A stretch of DNA of 64,000 nt from an uncultured Candidatus Saccharibacteria bacterium (GCA_964362125.1 CAYICS010000002.1:9302-73301); one strand, 5' to 3'. Positions 28,787-40,749 are shown, counted from the stretch's first letter. Numbers and translations are program-made. The notes: a model not told the origin generated them from the sequence alone.

Positions 28787-29789
28787 TAAAAAAATTGCTT
28801 TAGTGACTGGCATCACTGGTCAGGACGGCAGTTATCTGGCGGAATTGCTTTTAAGCAAAGGATATGAAGTGCACGGCATTATCCGGCGGGCCAGCACCTT
28901 TAATACCGGGCGGATTGACCATATTTATCAATCCATCCATCAAGAGGAGCGGCAGCTATTTTTGCACCACGGCGATCTGGCCGATGCCAACACGGTTCGG
29001 AAACTGATTCACCAGATAGAACCGGAGGAAATCTATAATCTGGGAGCGCAGAGCCATGTCCGGGTTAGTTTTGATATTCCGGAATATACAGCTAATATTA
29101 CCGGTATGGGAACTTTAAGGATTTTGGAAGCGATTAAGGATTATCAGCAAAACGGCGGGAAAAAGAAAATAAAATTTTATCAGGCCAGCTCCAGCGAAAT
29201 GTTTGGTGATTCTCCCCCGCCCCAAAATGAAAAAACGCCCTTCCGGCCCCGCAGTCCTTATGGCTGTGCCAAAGTTTTTGCTTACCACACCGCCGTTAAT
29301 TATCGCGAGGCCTATGGAATTTTTGCCTGCAACGGCATTTTATTTAATCATGAGTCGCCGCGGCGCGGTGAAACTTTCGTCACCAGAAAAATCACCCGCG
29401 GTTTGGCCCGGATTGTCATTGGTCAGATACAAAAAATCTATTTGGGGAATCTGGAAGCGCGGCGCGATTGGGGTTACGCGCCGGAGTATATGGAAGCGGC
29501 CCAGCTGATGCTCCAGCAGTTAGAGCCGGACGATTATGTGATCGGCACGGGTGAAAATCATTCAGTCAAAGAATTTGTTGAGGCGGTGTTTAAGCACGTG
29601 GGTATTAACAACTGGCAGGATTATGTGGAAATTGACCCCCGTTATTTCCGGCCGACAGAGGTGGAGAATCTGATTGCCGATGCTGGTAAAGCCAAAGAAA
29701 AATTGGATTGGCAGGCAAAGACAAAATTTGATGATTTGGTTAAAATAATGACAGAGTTTGATTTAAAAAATGTCCAAAGAAGTTTTTAA
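28779..29789 (+). CDS. gmd: GDP-mannose 4,6-dehydratase
   Basis: [40 protein letters not shown]. Confidence 0.98.
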   Translation: MTDKKIALVTGITGQDGSYLAELLLSKGYEVHGIIRRASTFNTGRIDHIYQSIHQEERQLFLHHGDLADANTVRKLIHQIEPEEIYNLGAQSHVRVSFDIPEYTANITGMGTLRILEAIKDYQQNGGKKKIKFYQASSSEMFGDSPPPQNEKTPFRPRSPYGCAKVFAYHTAVNYREAYGIFACNGILFNHESPRRGETFVTRKITRGLARIVIGQIQKIYLGNLEARRDWGYAPEYMEAAQLMLQQLEPDDYVIGTGENHSVKEFVEAVFKHVGINNWQDYVEIDPRYFRPTEVENLIADAGKAKEKLDWQAKTKFDDLVKIMTEFDLKNVQRSF

Positions 29790-30324
29790 ATTAATAATGA
29801 TTTATGGGCCGCCGGCCGTGGGTAAATTGACAGTGGCGCAGGAATTAGAAAAGGTTACTGGTTATAAATTGCTTCATAACCACCGTATTGCCGATGCCTA
29901 TGGCCCGATTTTTGGTTATGGCACAGATATTGGCCGAAGATTAAATGTAACTTTTCGCGGAGAGATTTATGAGGCAGCGGCTAAGAGCGGTTTGCCTGGA
30001 TTAATCTCCACATTTACTTATTATGGCGATCAGAAAAATGATGATTTTATGAAAGAACTGATAGAGAGACTTAAGCCTTATAATGGCGCCATTTATTTTG
30101 TGCGTCTTATCTGTTCTGAAGAAGAATTGAGGCGGCGGGTAATTGATGAATCGCGAAAGAAATCTTTTAAAATAACTAGTATCGAGAAGCTTCAAGAAAT
30201 TTTAACTACAACCAATGTTCAAGCAGTCATTCCTGAAGTTATTGCGCAAACATTGACTATTAATAACACTAATCTTTCGCCGCAAGAGACAGCAGTGATA
30301 ATTAAGGAATTTTATAAACTTTGA
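29770..30324 (+). CDS. P-loop small-molecule/nucleotide kinase
   Basis: GPPAVGKLT Walker A variant and LID-like EEL.RR....R. Confidence 0.75.
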   Translation: MSKEVFKLIMIYGPPAVGKLTVAQELEKVTGYKLLHNHRIADAYGPIFGYGTDIGRRLNVTFRGEIYEAAAKSGLPGLISTFTYYGDQKNDDFMKELIERLKPYNGAIYFVRLICSEEELRRRVIDESRKKSFKITSIEKLQEILTTTNVQAVIPEVIAQTLTINNTNLSPQETAVIIKEFYKL

Positions 30325-30376
30325 CAAAATTAGACTGATTGTCTAGAATATCAATCAGGTTTTAGCACCTTGTTTT
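30321..30376 (+). promoter_or_regulatory. Sigma70 promoter plus partial boxA-like element
   Basis: TTGACA-17nt-TAGAAT, then GCACCTTG at 30365; SD AAAGGA before ATG 30396. Confidence 0.65.
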
Positions 30377-30395
30377 TTAGAGAAAGGAATTGACG

Positions 30396-31073
30396 ATGGC
30401 TGAACCAATTTTAGTTCGCGGAAATGTCGCGGATGCAGTGAGAGAGTTGCTGGCCCGGCGGGATCTCCAGTACTGGCCGTTACTGGCCAGTGAACAGGGG
30501 CCGGAGATCCCATACTTTGGCCATGTCCAAATCGAAACTCGAGAAACGAGAAAGGGACCAGATCAATTCTACATGCTGGCGAGGCGCTTTGGCTGGGCAG
30601 TGGCTTTGGTGATTACTAATCAAAATCAGGTACTACTCAATATCCAACCCAAGCCCGGACTGGTCTCGGCCAGTTTGGAAATGCCAGCCGGCGGCATTGG
30701 CAAAGATCCCAAGCGGACGCAAGACGACATCATTCGTCTCACCTGCGAACAGACGCTCCGGGAAACAGGCTATGGAGATGGCAGAGCTTGTTATCTAGGC
30801 TTTTCCATTATCGAGACCGGAAAAATGTATGATCCGGCAGTGGAAGAGCCGTATGAGCCCGGCGTTGGCAGAGGGCTGAAAGCTCATTGCGTACTGATTA
30901 AAGGAGCGCGCAAAGTAGCTGATCCTCAACCTTTAGCCACTGACAAAATTCAATCATTCCTCGTTAGCATTCCTGACTTACTAACGTTGGTTCGTGAGAA
31001 TGTGCTTGTTGAAACAAGCGCTGTCAACTGCGTAGCCCTTGCTTTGCTTCAAGGATACATTACTCCAAATTAG
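30396..31073 (+). CDS. NUDIX hydrolase (ADP-ribose pyrophosphatase-like)
   Basis: Q.KPG.....LEMPAGG...........LRETGY. Confidence 0.75.
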   Translation: MAEPILVRGNVADAVRELLARRDLQYWPLLASEQGPEIPYFGHVQIETRETRKGPDQFYMLARRFGWAVALVITNQNQVLLNIQPKPGLVSASLEMPAGGIGKDPKRTQDDIIRLTCEQTLRETGYGDGRACYLGFSIIETGKMYDPAVEEPYEPGVGRGLKAHCVLIKGARKVADPQPLATDKIQSFLVSIPDLLTLVRENVLVETSAVNCVALALLQGYITPN

Positions 31074-31080
31074 CCAATTG

Positions 31081-32864
<1,784 letters not shown>

Positions 32865-32880
32865 AATTTACCCTATTATA

Positions 32881-33996
32881 ATGACTAAAATCGCTTTTGT
32901 CGATTTAAAACGCGGTTATCGGCAGGTTAAAAGTCAGGCGTTAAAAAATATCAAAAGTCTGCTGGAGCGGCAGGATTTTATTTTTGGCGAAGAAGTCACC
33001 AAATTTGAAAAAGATTTTGCTAAGTATTTGGGAGTAAAACATTGTATTGGGGTTAATTCCGGCAGTGATGCTCTTTATTTTATTGTTAGGGCTTTAGGGA
33101 TAGGACAAGGCGATGAAGTTATAGTTCCTTCTCATACTTTTCCTTCAACCATTGACGCCATTATTCTCAATGGCGCCCGGCCGATTCTGGCTGATATTGA
33201 TGCTGATACTTATAATATTAATCCCGAAAAAATTGAGAAAAAAATTAATAAGAGAACCAAAGCGATTTTACCCGTTCATCTTTATGGTCAGCCCTGCGAG
33301 ATGACTAAAATTATGAAGCTGGCCAGTCGTTATAAACTAAAAGTTATTGAAGATGCTTGCCAAGCTCATGGCGCTGCCTATAAAAGGAAAAGGGTGGGGA
33401 GTATCGGCACTGCCGGAGCTTTTAGTTTTTATCCAGCTAAAAATTTGGGCTGTTTTGGCGATGGCGGAGTGGTTTCCACTAATAATGATGAAGTTAATAA
33501 AAAAATCAGGATGCTGAGGGATTTTGGCCGGCCCGATAAGTATCATCATCAGTTTATTGGTAAAAACAGTCGTCTTGATACTCTTCAAGCGGCGGTTTTA
33601 AATGCCAAGTTAAAATACCTGAATCAGTGGAATCAGAAGCGGAGAAGTTTTGCCGCCCTCTATACCAAGTTACTTAGAGGCGCGTCGGGGATAATTCTGC
33701 CTAAAGAAATCCCGGGAGTTTACGCTGTTTATCATCAGTATGTCATCAGAACAAAAAAAAGAGATCAGCTTCGGGATTACTTAAAAAAGTTTGACATTCC
33801 CACTATTATCTATTATCCTATCCCTACTCACCTTCATCAGGCTTATCAGAGTCTTGGTTATAAAAAAGGTGGTCTGCCTGTAACGGAAAAGTCTGCTCAA
33901 GAGATCTTATCGTTGCCAATGCATCCTTGGTTAAAGGTCAGTGAAATTAAAAAAATTTGTCAGTTAATCAAAAAATGGACTCAATTGGTTTACTAG
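32881..33996 (+). CDS. DegT/DnrJ/EryC1/StrS sugar aminotransferase
   Basis: PVHLYGQP, EDACQAHG, SFYPAKNLG (PLP lysine), NSRLDTLQAA. Confidence 0.95.
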   Translation: MTKIAFVDLKRGYRQVKSQALKNIKSLLERQDFIFGEEVTKFEKDFAKYLGVKHCIGVNSGSDALYFIVRALGIGQGDEVIVPSHTFPSTIDAIILNGARPILADIDADTYNINPEKIEKKINKRTKAILPVHLYGQPCEMTKIMKLASRYKLKVIEDACQAHGAAYKRKRVGSIGTAGAFSFYPAKNLGCFGDGGVVSTNNDEVNKKIRMLRDFGRPDKYHHQFIGKNSRLDTLQAAVLNAKLKYLNQWNQKRRSFAALYTKLLRGASGIILPKEIPGVYAVYHQYVIRTKKRDQLRDYLKKFDIPTIIYYPIPTHLHQAYQSLGYKKGGLPVTEKSAQEILSLPMHPWLKVSEIKKICQLIKKWTQLVY

Positions 33997-34895
33997 CTTA
34001 TGGCGAGATGGGCTTGCCGGCCCTTAAAGGGCTTAAGAAAAAATTTGATGTTTTATGGATAGTAACTCCGCCAAAAGATGATGGCGCATCTTCTTTGTTG
34101 CCGGTTGAAATTTTCTCCCGCAAAAACGGCATAAAAATTTATCAAACCAACAATAATAAAGAAATTAATGATGTTGTTAAAAAAAGTAAACCAAAAGCGG
34201 TAATAATTGCCACTTACAATAAGACAATTCCAGCGGAGACCTTAAAACTTAGCAAGTTTATCAATATTCATCACGGCGATTTGCCGCGCTGGCGGGGCCG
34301 AGCTAATATCAACTGGGCAATAATACTCGGCAGGAAAGAAATAGGACTGGCCATTCATCAAGCCGTTGCTCAATTTGATGACGGGCCGGTTTATAAAATG
34401 CATCTCATTCCTATTACGGAAAAAGATACTGTGGCGACTGTTTATAATAAAGTTAATAAGATCCTTGAAAATCAGCTGGGTGGAACTGTTAAGAAAATTT
34501 TATCCGGAGAACTTAAGGGAGTAAAACAAATTGGTCAAGCCACTTATTGCTGTACCCGCTTGCCTCAAGACGGTTTAATTGATTGGCAAAAGACCAGTTT
34601 GGAAATTGATCGGCTGATCAGAGCTGTAACCAAGCCCTATCCCGGCGCCTTTACGTTTTTCGAAGGTAAAAGAATGATAGTCTGGACCGGAAAAATTCCT
34701 AAAAATCCCAGAATTTTCGAGGGCAGAATTCCCGGCCGGGTGGTGGGGCTTTATCCTGATGGCGTCGAAGTTTTAAGCGGCGACAGCTCAATAATTATCA
34801 AAAACATCAATTATGAAAATCAAGAAAAAAACGCCCGCGATGTTATTAAGTCAGTTAAAAAAACATTAGACTTCCCGTGGCGGCACTGGGATTAA
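33975..34895 (+). CDS. Sugar N-formyltransferase (Fmt/ArnA-like)
   Basis: INIH..DLP.WRG....NWAI, D.G, DG.IDW, IRA...PYPGAF; follows the aminotransferase. Confidence 0.85.
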   Translation: MDSIGLLAYGEMGLPALKGLKKKFDVLWIVTPPKDDGASSLLPVEIFSRKNGIKIYQTNNNKEINDVVKKSKPKAVIIATYNKTIPAETLKLSKFINIHHGDLPRWRGRANINWAIILGRKEIGLAIHQAVAQFDDGPVYKMHLIPITEKDTVATVYNKVNKILENQLGGTVKKILSGELKGVKQIGQATYCCTRLPQDGLIDWQKTSLEIDRLIRAVTKPYPGAFTFFEGKRMIVWTGKIPKNPRIFEGRIPGRVVGLYPDGVEVLSGDSSIIIKNINYENQEKNARDVIKSVKKTLDFPWRHWD

Positions 34896-36050
34896 ATAAC
34901 GATATTTATTGCCGGTTTTTTCTTTGATACTATCGAGATACTCGTGGGCAAATACCACCAGCACAGCCGGCGCTGAATTTTCCAAAAAACTTTTGGAGAC
35001 AATGGGGATATGCGTTCCCGGGCTGAATTTATTTTGTTTCAAATGGCTGTCATCAACAATAAACTCGATCAAATCCGAGTCAATATTGCCGTAATTACAA
35101 ATAGTAGCCACCCGCGCCGGCGCCCCGTAGCCGGCAACTTTGATCTTATCTTTTTTATATTCAAGAAGTTTGTTTCTAAAGGCGGCAATCTGGGTCTTCA
35201 CTTGTTCTTTAAATTTTTTAAATCGCGTCGGATTTAGATTTGTTTTTTCTTCCTCGAGCAGCTGCTGAACCGGCGCCGCTGTTATTTGGTTTTGACCGAG
35301 ACGGGCCGTTACCCGCAGTGATCCGCCATGGGGCTCTATAATTTCCGCCTCGGCGATATGCATACCGTGCCTTGCTAAAAGCGACTGAAGCGATGTCAGA
35401 GAATAGTAAAATATTCTATCCAAATAAAATCGCTCAAATTGGACATCTTTTAGAATATTACCGATATATTCCACTTCAATAATGAATCGGCCGTCATCGG
35501 TCATTAGATTTTTTACAGCTCCGATGAATTGATGGGGGTCCTCAAGGTGAGTAAAGACACTGCTGGCAATAATCAGATCTGATTTTTGATATCGTGCCTT
35601 AATCATTTCTGCGGTTTCGGTATTGAAAAAAGCGGTAATCGTTTCTAAGCCGGCATCATTGGCAATTTTAGAGACATTAATCGAAGGATCAACGCCGATA
35701 GCCCTAATTCCCAGTTCTTTAAGCGGTTTCAGCAATACGCCGTCGTTAGAGCCGATATCAACCACAAAATTGGCGCCCCGAACAGCAATTTCCTTGCCAA
35801 ATTGCTCAAAATGGCGCAGTAATCCCGGATTGACCGAGGATAAATAGTAATAGTCCTCAAACATTATCTCCCGTGAGATCAAAGTTCCCAACTGGACGTT
35901 GCGGCAGTTATTGCAGAAAAAAACAGTTAGTGGAAAAAATTTCTCTGTTTTAAAGTCCGCCTCTCCCCGCGGATATTTATTAGCAAGTGGCTGGTTGCCA
36001 AGATTAAGAAATTCAATTAAGTTTTTTTTACGGCAGAGAAAACAAACCAT
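34866..36050 (-). CDS. NDP-hexose C-methyltransferase
   Basis: CxxC Zn site, LG.QPLAN, DIGSNDG.LL, HGGSLR, GYGA.A, KQ..F.PGTHIPI. Confidence 0.9.
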   Translation of the reverse strand: MVCFLCRKKNLIEFLNLGNQPLANKYPRGEADFKTEKFFPLTVFFCNNCRNVQLGTLISREIMFEDYYYLSSVNPGLLRHFEQFGKEIAVRGANFVVDIGSNDGVLLKPLKELGIRAIGVDPSINVSKIANDAGLETITAFFNTETAEMIKARYQKSDLIIASSVFTHLEDPHQFIGAVKNLMTDDGRFIIEVEYIGNILKDVQFERFYLDRIFYYSLTSLQSLLARHGMHIAEAEIIEPHGGSLRVTARLGQNQITAAPVQQLLEEEKTNLNPTRFKKFKEQVKTQIAAFRNKLLEYKKDKIKVAGYGAPARVATICNYGNIDSDLIEFIVDDSHLKQNKFSPGTHIPIVSKSFLENSAPAVLVVFAHEYLDSIKEKTGNKYRYLIPVPPREV

Positions 36051-36160
36051 TTATATATGAAGAAAACTATGCTGTTTCTGTAAATCAAATTCCCGGCAGG
36101 CCTTCTATCTTAATCCTTCAGCTTGATTATTTTCAATTGGATAATATAATAATTAGAGTT

Positions 36161-37210
36161 ATGAATCAAGTTATTGCCAAAGATCTTGAAACAATAGTAA
36201 AAAGGATTAAAAAAGAAGCGCCGGCCTTATCAGGCCGGACCTTGCTGATTTCCGGCGGCGCCGGCTTTCTTGGTTCTTATATTATTGGGACAATCCATAC
36301 TCTTAATAAACAATTTTTAAAAAAGCCCTGCCGGGTTTTATGTATTGATAATCATATTACCGGTTCCAAAAACAGTTTTATTCACCAATTAAAAGACCCA
36401 TCGCTGAAGTTTATCAAAGCCGATGTCGCCAGACCATTGACAGTTAAAAGCAAAGTTGACTACATCATTCACGCCGCCGGCGTGGCCTCGCCGTTTTATT
36501 TCAAAAAATTTCCTATGGAAACAATCGAGGCGGCGGTTTTAGGAGTGAAAAATCTTCTCGAATTGTCACGAAAACAGAAAATTAAAGGATTCTTATTTTT
36601 TAGCTCCAGCGAGATTTACGGCAATCCTGATCCCAAATTTATCCCCACCCCGGAAACTTATAAAGGTAATGTTTCTTCTATCGGCCCCCGGGCCTGCTAT
36701 GACGAATCAAAGCGACTGGCGGAAACAATTTGTATTACTTATCACCAGCTATATAATGTTCCCATCAAAATTGTCCGGCCTTTTAATGTTTACGGACCGG
36801 GAATGAAACTGACTGATTATCGGGTTATCCCTACTTTTTTCGCTAAAGCTCTGGCTGGTGATTCTCTGCCGGTTCATGGCGGGGGTCGGCAGACCAGAAC
36901 TTTTTGTTATGTGGCAGACGCAGTGGTGGGCTTTTTAAAAGTTTTGCTTAAGGGTCGGGTAGGAGAGATTTATAATGTCGGGACTAACCAGCCGGAAATG
37001 ACAATGGTGGAATTAGGCGAAGTGATTAGTAAATTATTTGATAATTCTATCAAGGTCCAACTAATCCCCTATCCCAAAACCTATCCTCAAGATGAGCCGG
37101 CCCGGCGCTGTCCTGATTTAACTAAAATCAATAGTCAGCTGGGATATAAAACGATTTTTAATCTGGAAAAAGGCCTGAAACAGACTTTGGATTGGTATCG
37201 GTCTCAGTAA
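36161..37210 (+). CDS. UDP-glucuronate decarboxylase-like NAD-dependent enzyme
   Basis: GGAGFLG, ASP, SSSEIYG.P, ETY.GNV..IGPRACYDESKR, QTRTFCYV. Confidence 0.88.
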   Translation: MNQVIAKDLETIVKRIKKEAPALSGRTLLISGGAGFLGSYIIGTIHTLNKQFLKKPCRVLCIDNHITGSKNSFIHQLKDPSLKFIKADVARPLTVKSKVDYIIHAAGVASPFYFKKFPMETIEAAVLGVKNLLELSRKQKIKGFLFFSSSEIYGNPDPKFIPTPETYKGNVSSIGPRACYDESKRLAETICITYHQLYNVPIKIVRPFNVYGPGMKLTDYRVIPTFFAKALAGDSLPVHGGGRQTRTFCYVADAVVGFLKVLLKGRVGEIYNVGTNQPEMTMVELGEVISKLFDNSIKVQLIPYPKTYPQDEPARRCPDLTKINSQLGYKTIFNLEKGLKQTLDWYRSQ

Positions 37211-37223
37211 TGCGGTTTTAAAT

Positions 37224-37377
37224 AATTTTCAATGTTCAATGATCAATTTTCAATTAATGACTCAATGATTCAATTTTCAAACCCGTTGGTTTGTTTCATT
37301 GCTTCATTGAAAATTAAATGAAAATTGTCCGCCAAAGGCGGATCCGCCTCTGGTGGAAAAATTGGTAATTGAAAATT
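37224..37377. repeat. Inverted heptamer arrays (AATTTTC / GAAAATT) with an inserted double GC hairpin
   Basis: Left arm AATTTTC-AATGTTC-AATGATC-AATTTTC. Right-arm GAAAATT units are interrupted by TCCGCCAAAGGCGGA-TCCGCCTCTGGTGGA. Confidence 0.8.
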
Positions 37378-37384
37378 TATAAAT

Positions 37385-38350
37385 ATGAAGATTTTATATC
37401 TTTCTCATCCAACGCCGTTTAATTTTGATCTGATAGCCGGCTTAAAAAAACTGGGAGTAGAGATTTTTTATTTTAATGATGAATCAGGTTGGTTTATAAA
37501 TTCATTAAGGAGTCGTTTTTCTTTTGTCAGGCAGCTTAATAAAAAATTGCTGAACAAAAGATTAATCAAGACCTGCCGCCAATGGCAGCCCGATGTTTTC
37601 TTTACCACCAAAGGGATTACTATTAACCCGGAAACTCTGGCTCAAATCAAATCTTTAGGAATTAAGACCGTCAACTGGAATCTGGAGAATATTTATCACA
37701 AAGACTATTATCAGTGGTTTTTAAAAACAGCTGCTGCTTATAATCTGTTTATCAAGATGGATTCTTCCCGGGCAGATTCGATCAAGACCGGTTATCTGGC
37801 AGTGGCCATTAAACCAGAAAGATACCAGACACCGGATTTAACCGAGGATGAAAAAAGAAAATATCAATGTGATATTTTTTTCGCCGGCAGTTTTGATAAA
37901 GACCGGGAAGAATTGCTGTTATCAATAAAAGATTACGATTTGAAAGTTTTTGGTGATAAAAAATGGCAGGAGTCGCCATTAAAAGATTTTTATCACGGCG
38001 GCCCCCTGCCGTTAGAAGAATTTATTAAGGCCTGCTCCTGCGCTAAAATTTGTATCAATATTCAGCTTAAACCTGATACCTGCCGCGGGCTTAATCTTCG
38101 CGATTTTGAAGTGCCGGCCACCAGTAGTTTTTTACTCTCCCATTATCGGCCGGATATGGAAGAATTATTTGTTATTGGTAAAGAAATTGAAGTTTTTCGA
38201 AATGAGCAGGAGTTAAAAGAAAAAATTAAATTTTATCTGACAAATGACGATTTAAGAAAAAAAATAGCCGCCGCCGGCCAAGAACGGGTTTTGCGGAATC
38301 ACACTCTGGAGCGGCGGGCTAAGGAGCTTTTAACTTTGATAAATTCTTAA
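37385..38350 (+). CDS. CgeB-like glycosyltransferase (Glyco_trans_1_2)
   Basis: KICIN, N.R.FE, F..GKEI, IA.AG.ERV...HT...R. Confidence 0.85.
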   Translation: MKILYLSHPTPFNFDLIAGLKKLGVEIFYFNDESGWFINSLRSRFSFVRQLNKKLLNKRLIKTCRQWQPDVFFTTKGITINPETLAQIKSLGIKTVNWNLENIYHKDYYQWFLKTAAAYNLFIKMDSSRADSIKTGYLAVAIKPERYQTPDLTEDEKRKYQCDIFFAGSFDKDREELLLSIKDYDLKVFGDKKWQESPLKDFYHGGPLPLEEFIKACSCAKICINIQLKPDTCRGLNLRDFEVPATSSFLLSHYRPDMEELFVIGKEIEVFRNEQELKEKIKFYLTNDDLRKKIAAAGQERVLRNHTLERRAKELLTLINS

Positions 38351-39044
38351 AGCGGATTTCCGCCAATTGCCATTCTTCCGGGGTATTGATGTCAACTTCG
38401 TAAATAGGATTAGTGACATAAAGCTCAACTTTTTGGCCGTAGAGGCGGGAGGGTTTTTCGTAAAGATTTTTTGGTTTGAGAAGATAGATTATTTCATTGC
38501 GGGCATAGCATTTTTCCGGAAAGTCCTGTCGGCGGTTAATGATTTTTTTTAGAGGGATTCCGCCGAATAACGACACCTTTCCTTTTTTGTCTTGTGTAAG
38601 AGTCCAATAGGGCGTGTGATTAGCCGGGGTTTCGTTGACAGCCACCACCGAATCGCATCCTGTTTTCTTCATAATTTTAATGGCTTCATCAATATGCCAG
38701 CTTTGACGCAGGGGGTTGGTGCAGAAAAGCAGGGCTAGGGCGTCGGCAGAGTAGCTTTCTTTAGCTTTTAACCATTCGTAGACGTGTTTCATTACCGGCT
38801 CGATACCTATGGTAGCGGTGGCCAGCTCCGGAGGTCTTAAAAACGGCACTTCAGCGCCATAGCGCCGGGCAATTTTGGCAATTTCCGAACTATCAGTAGA
38901 AACAATCACCCGGTCCAGTTTTTTGCTTTTTAGGGCGGATAAAATTGTCCAAGCGATTAGGGGCCTGCCGCAGAAAATCTTGGTGTTCTTTTTTTTCGTT
39001 CGCTCGGAATTCCCCCGAGCTGGAATAACGCCAACTATTTTCAT
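38319..39044 (-). CDS. neuA: Acylneuraminate (nonulosonate) cytidylyltransferase
   Basis: IPARGNS.R...KN, VSTDS.EI, FLRP.ELA, T.PLR, DINT. Confidence 0.9.
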   Translation of the reverse strand: MKIVGVIPARGNSERTKKKNTKIFCGRPLIAWTILSALKSKKLDRVIVSTDSSEIAKIARRYGAEVPFLRPPELATATIGIEPVMKHVYEWLKAKESYSADALALLFCTNPLRQSWHIDEAIKIMKKTGCDSVVAVNETPANHTPYWTLTQDKKGKVSLFGGIPLKKIINRRQDFPEKCYARNEIIYLLKPKNLYEKPSRLYGQKVELYVTNPIYEVDINTPEEWQLAEIRFKNLSKLKAP

Positions 39045-39316
39045 TGTTTTTTAGACTTAATTTTCACTAGTGTCACTGTATAAATAGTGACAGCAACAAG
39101 AAAAATACTTTGACCAATAATCAAATAAATATCCTGAACTAATAACATTTTTATCCATAAAATAAAAGTAGCTGCCAATCGGATGATTACTTCCCGCAAA
39201 ACGATATCTTTGGCGGATTTTGTGATGTAGATATGCCACCACTGGGCTAATACACCATAACTTAAAAAGGCCAAAGTGCCCACAGAGAGATAATCAAACA
39301 CTTTCAAGAAATCCAT
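39041..39316 (-). CDS. Small 3-TM protein, SemiSWEET/PQ-loop-like
   Basis: 91 aa, three hydrophobic segments; Q....Y.TKSAKDI resembles the SemiSWEET loop. Confidence 0.55.
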   Translation of the reverse strand: MDFLKVFDYLSVGTLAFLSYGVLAQWWHIYITKSAKDIVLREVIIRLAATFILWIKMLLVQDIYLIIGQSIFLVAVTIYTVTLVKIKSKKQ

Positions 39317-39356
39317 TTAATTTGATTAAATATTAACAGAGTTTTTAGCTATTGTC

Positions 39357-39391
39357 AAAAAAAAATCGACCCTACCTTGTGGGCAGGGTCG
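39357..39391 (-). terminator. Intrinsic terminator whose T tract runs into a TTGACA -35 box
   Basis: Minus strand CGACCCTGCC-CACAA-GGTAGGGTCG-A-T tract, then TTGACA-17nt-TAATAT. Confidence 0.8.
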
Positions 39392-39550
39392 TGGGGTCAA
39401 TGCCCCGGGCTTCGAGGACCAGGTTGGCAAAGTCGCGCAGGGCGCCGTTGCCGCCGGGTCGGGGTGTCACCCAATGTGCCATTCGTTTGACCACTTCCTC
39501 TTAGTCCGCTGGGAATTACCCTTGGCCGGGATGACGCCGATTACCTTCAT
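39372..39550 (-). pseudogene. Deletion scar joining a neuA-like 5' end to a kdsC-like 3' end
   Basis: MKVIGVIPAKGNSQRTK from ATG 39550, joined out of frame to EEVVKRMAHWVTPRPGGNGALRDFANLVLEARGIDPTTLPTR*. Confidence 0.85.
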
Positions 39551-39636
39551 TTCAAAAATTATATAACCTTTTTTTTGATAAAGCAATAAATCTAGACAGA
39601 ATTACGATAGTTTGTTAAAGTTATTAGATATTATAA

Positions 39637-40749
39637 ATGATAGAAAATTTTGAGAAATTAAAGAAAATTAAATTACTGGCCCTTGATTTTGATGGAGTGT
39701 TAACGCCGGCCAAGGTTATTGTTAGCGCCAACGGTGAAGAATCGGTGGTCTGTAGTCATCGCGACGGACAGGGCATAGAGTCAATTCGTAAGGCAGGGGT
39801 GCCGGTGGTTGTTATATCCGGTCAGCGCAGTCTATATGTTGAGAAGCGCTGTAATAAAATGGGCATAGATTTTTTTCAAAATATAAAAGACAAGCCAGCT
39901 TGTTTATTGGCATATCTAAAAGAAAAACATCCGTCCGTTGCCATTGAAGATGTTTGTTTTGTTGGCGATGACGCCAGCGACTTGGCTGTTATGAATATTG
40001 TCGGGGCGCCCATAGCAGTCGCTGATGGGACAGAAGAAGTAAAACAGCGGGCTTTGTTGGTTACTAATCGTAATGGCGGAGAAGGAGCGGTGCGGGAGGT
40101 GTGCGATATTATTATTAAGGCCAAAAGCAGTGATATTGATAATCACGCCTTTCTTAAAATTCTTATTACCGGCACCGGCGAAAGAGCAACAGAGGAAGTG
40201 CGGATGATAGCAAAAAATATTGCCGCTGTCTTTGGAAGAAATGGTGATATTATTTTAACTAACGGCGGCCCCAATGGGGTTCCAGAGGCGGCGGCGACCG
40301 GAGCTAATGAGGCCGGCGGCCATTCAGTCGCCTACACTTTTATGCCCGGCCGAACGACCGAATACACAAAAACCAAAGAAATTAAATCTTTCCCGGATTA
40401 TGAACAACGCAATGCCTATCTTTGTTCAGATTCGGATGTAGCTATTTTTTTCCAGGGGGGCTTGGGCACCGCCACTAAATTTTTTACACTCCTCCATCGT
40501 CTGGTCCATATTAATGGCGAATTGATGAAAAAGGGCTTCCCCTCGCTCCAAAGGCCCAAACTAATGATCGTTCATTCCAGTTTTGCTCCCAATGATTTAA
40601 TAAAATGCCAGGAGTTATTTGGACGCAATTTTAAACCAGAACACTTTGCGGCTGTACATTTCGCCGATACGGCGGAGGAAATTATTAAGATAGTTGATGG
40701 CTGGCGGGGAAAAGACAAAACCTTGACACCGGAGGATTTTTTATTATAG
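39637..40749 (+). CDS. Fusion of KdsC-like HAD phosphatase and LOG/SLOG-like domain
   Basis: DFDGVLT, RDG.GI, FVGDD..D, GG.GAVREV; then GGP.GV.EAA..GA..AGG, R..L...SD..I...GG.GT. Confidence 0.8.
   Translation: MIENFEKLKKIKLLALDFDGVLTPAKVIVSANGEESVVCSHRDGQGIESIRKAGVPVVVISGQRSLYVEKRCNKMGIDFFQNIKDKPACLLAYLKEKHPSVAIEDVCFVGDDASDLAVMNIVGAPIAVADGTEEVKQRALLVTNRNGGEGAVREVCDIIIKAKSSDIDNHAFLKILITGTGERATEEVRMIAKNIAAVFGRNGDIILTNGGPNGVPEAAATGANEAGGHSVAYTFMPGRTTEYTKTKEIKSFPDYEQRNAYLCSDSDVAIFFQGGLGTATKFFTLLHRLVHINGELMKKGFPSLQRPKLMIVHSSFAPNDLIKCQELFGRNFKPEHFAAVHFADTAEEIIKIVDGWRGKDKTLTPEDFLL

Noticed and set aside
33975-34895. Housekeeping methionyl-tRNA formyltransferase (fmt)
   Set aside because: It overlaps a sugar aminotransferase gene in a glycan locus and has HHGDLP rather than the HxSLLP motif, so a sugar N-formyltransferase fits better.
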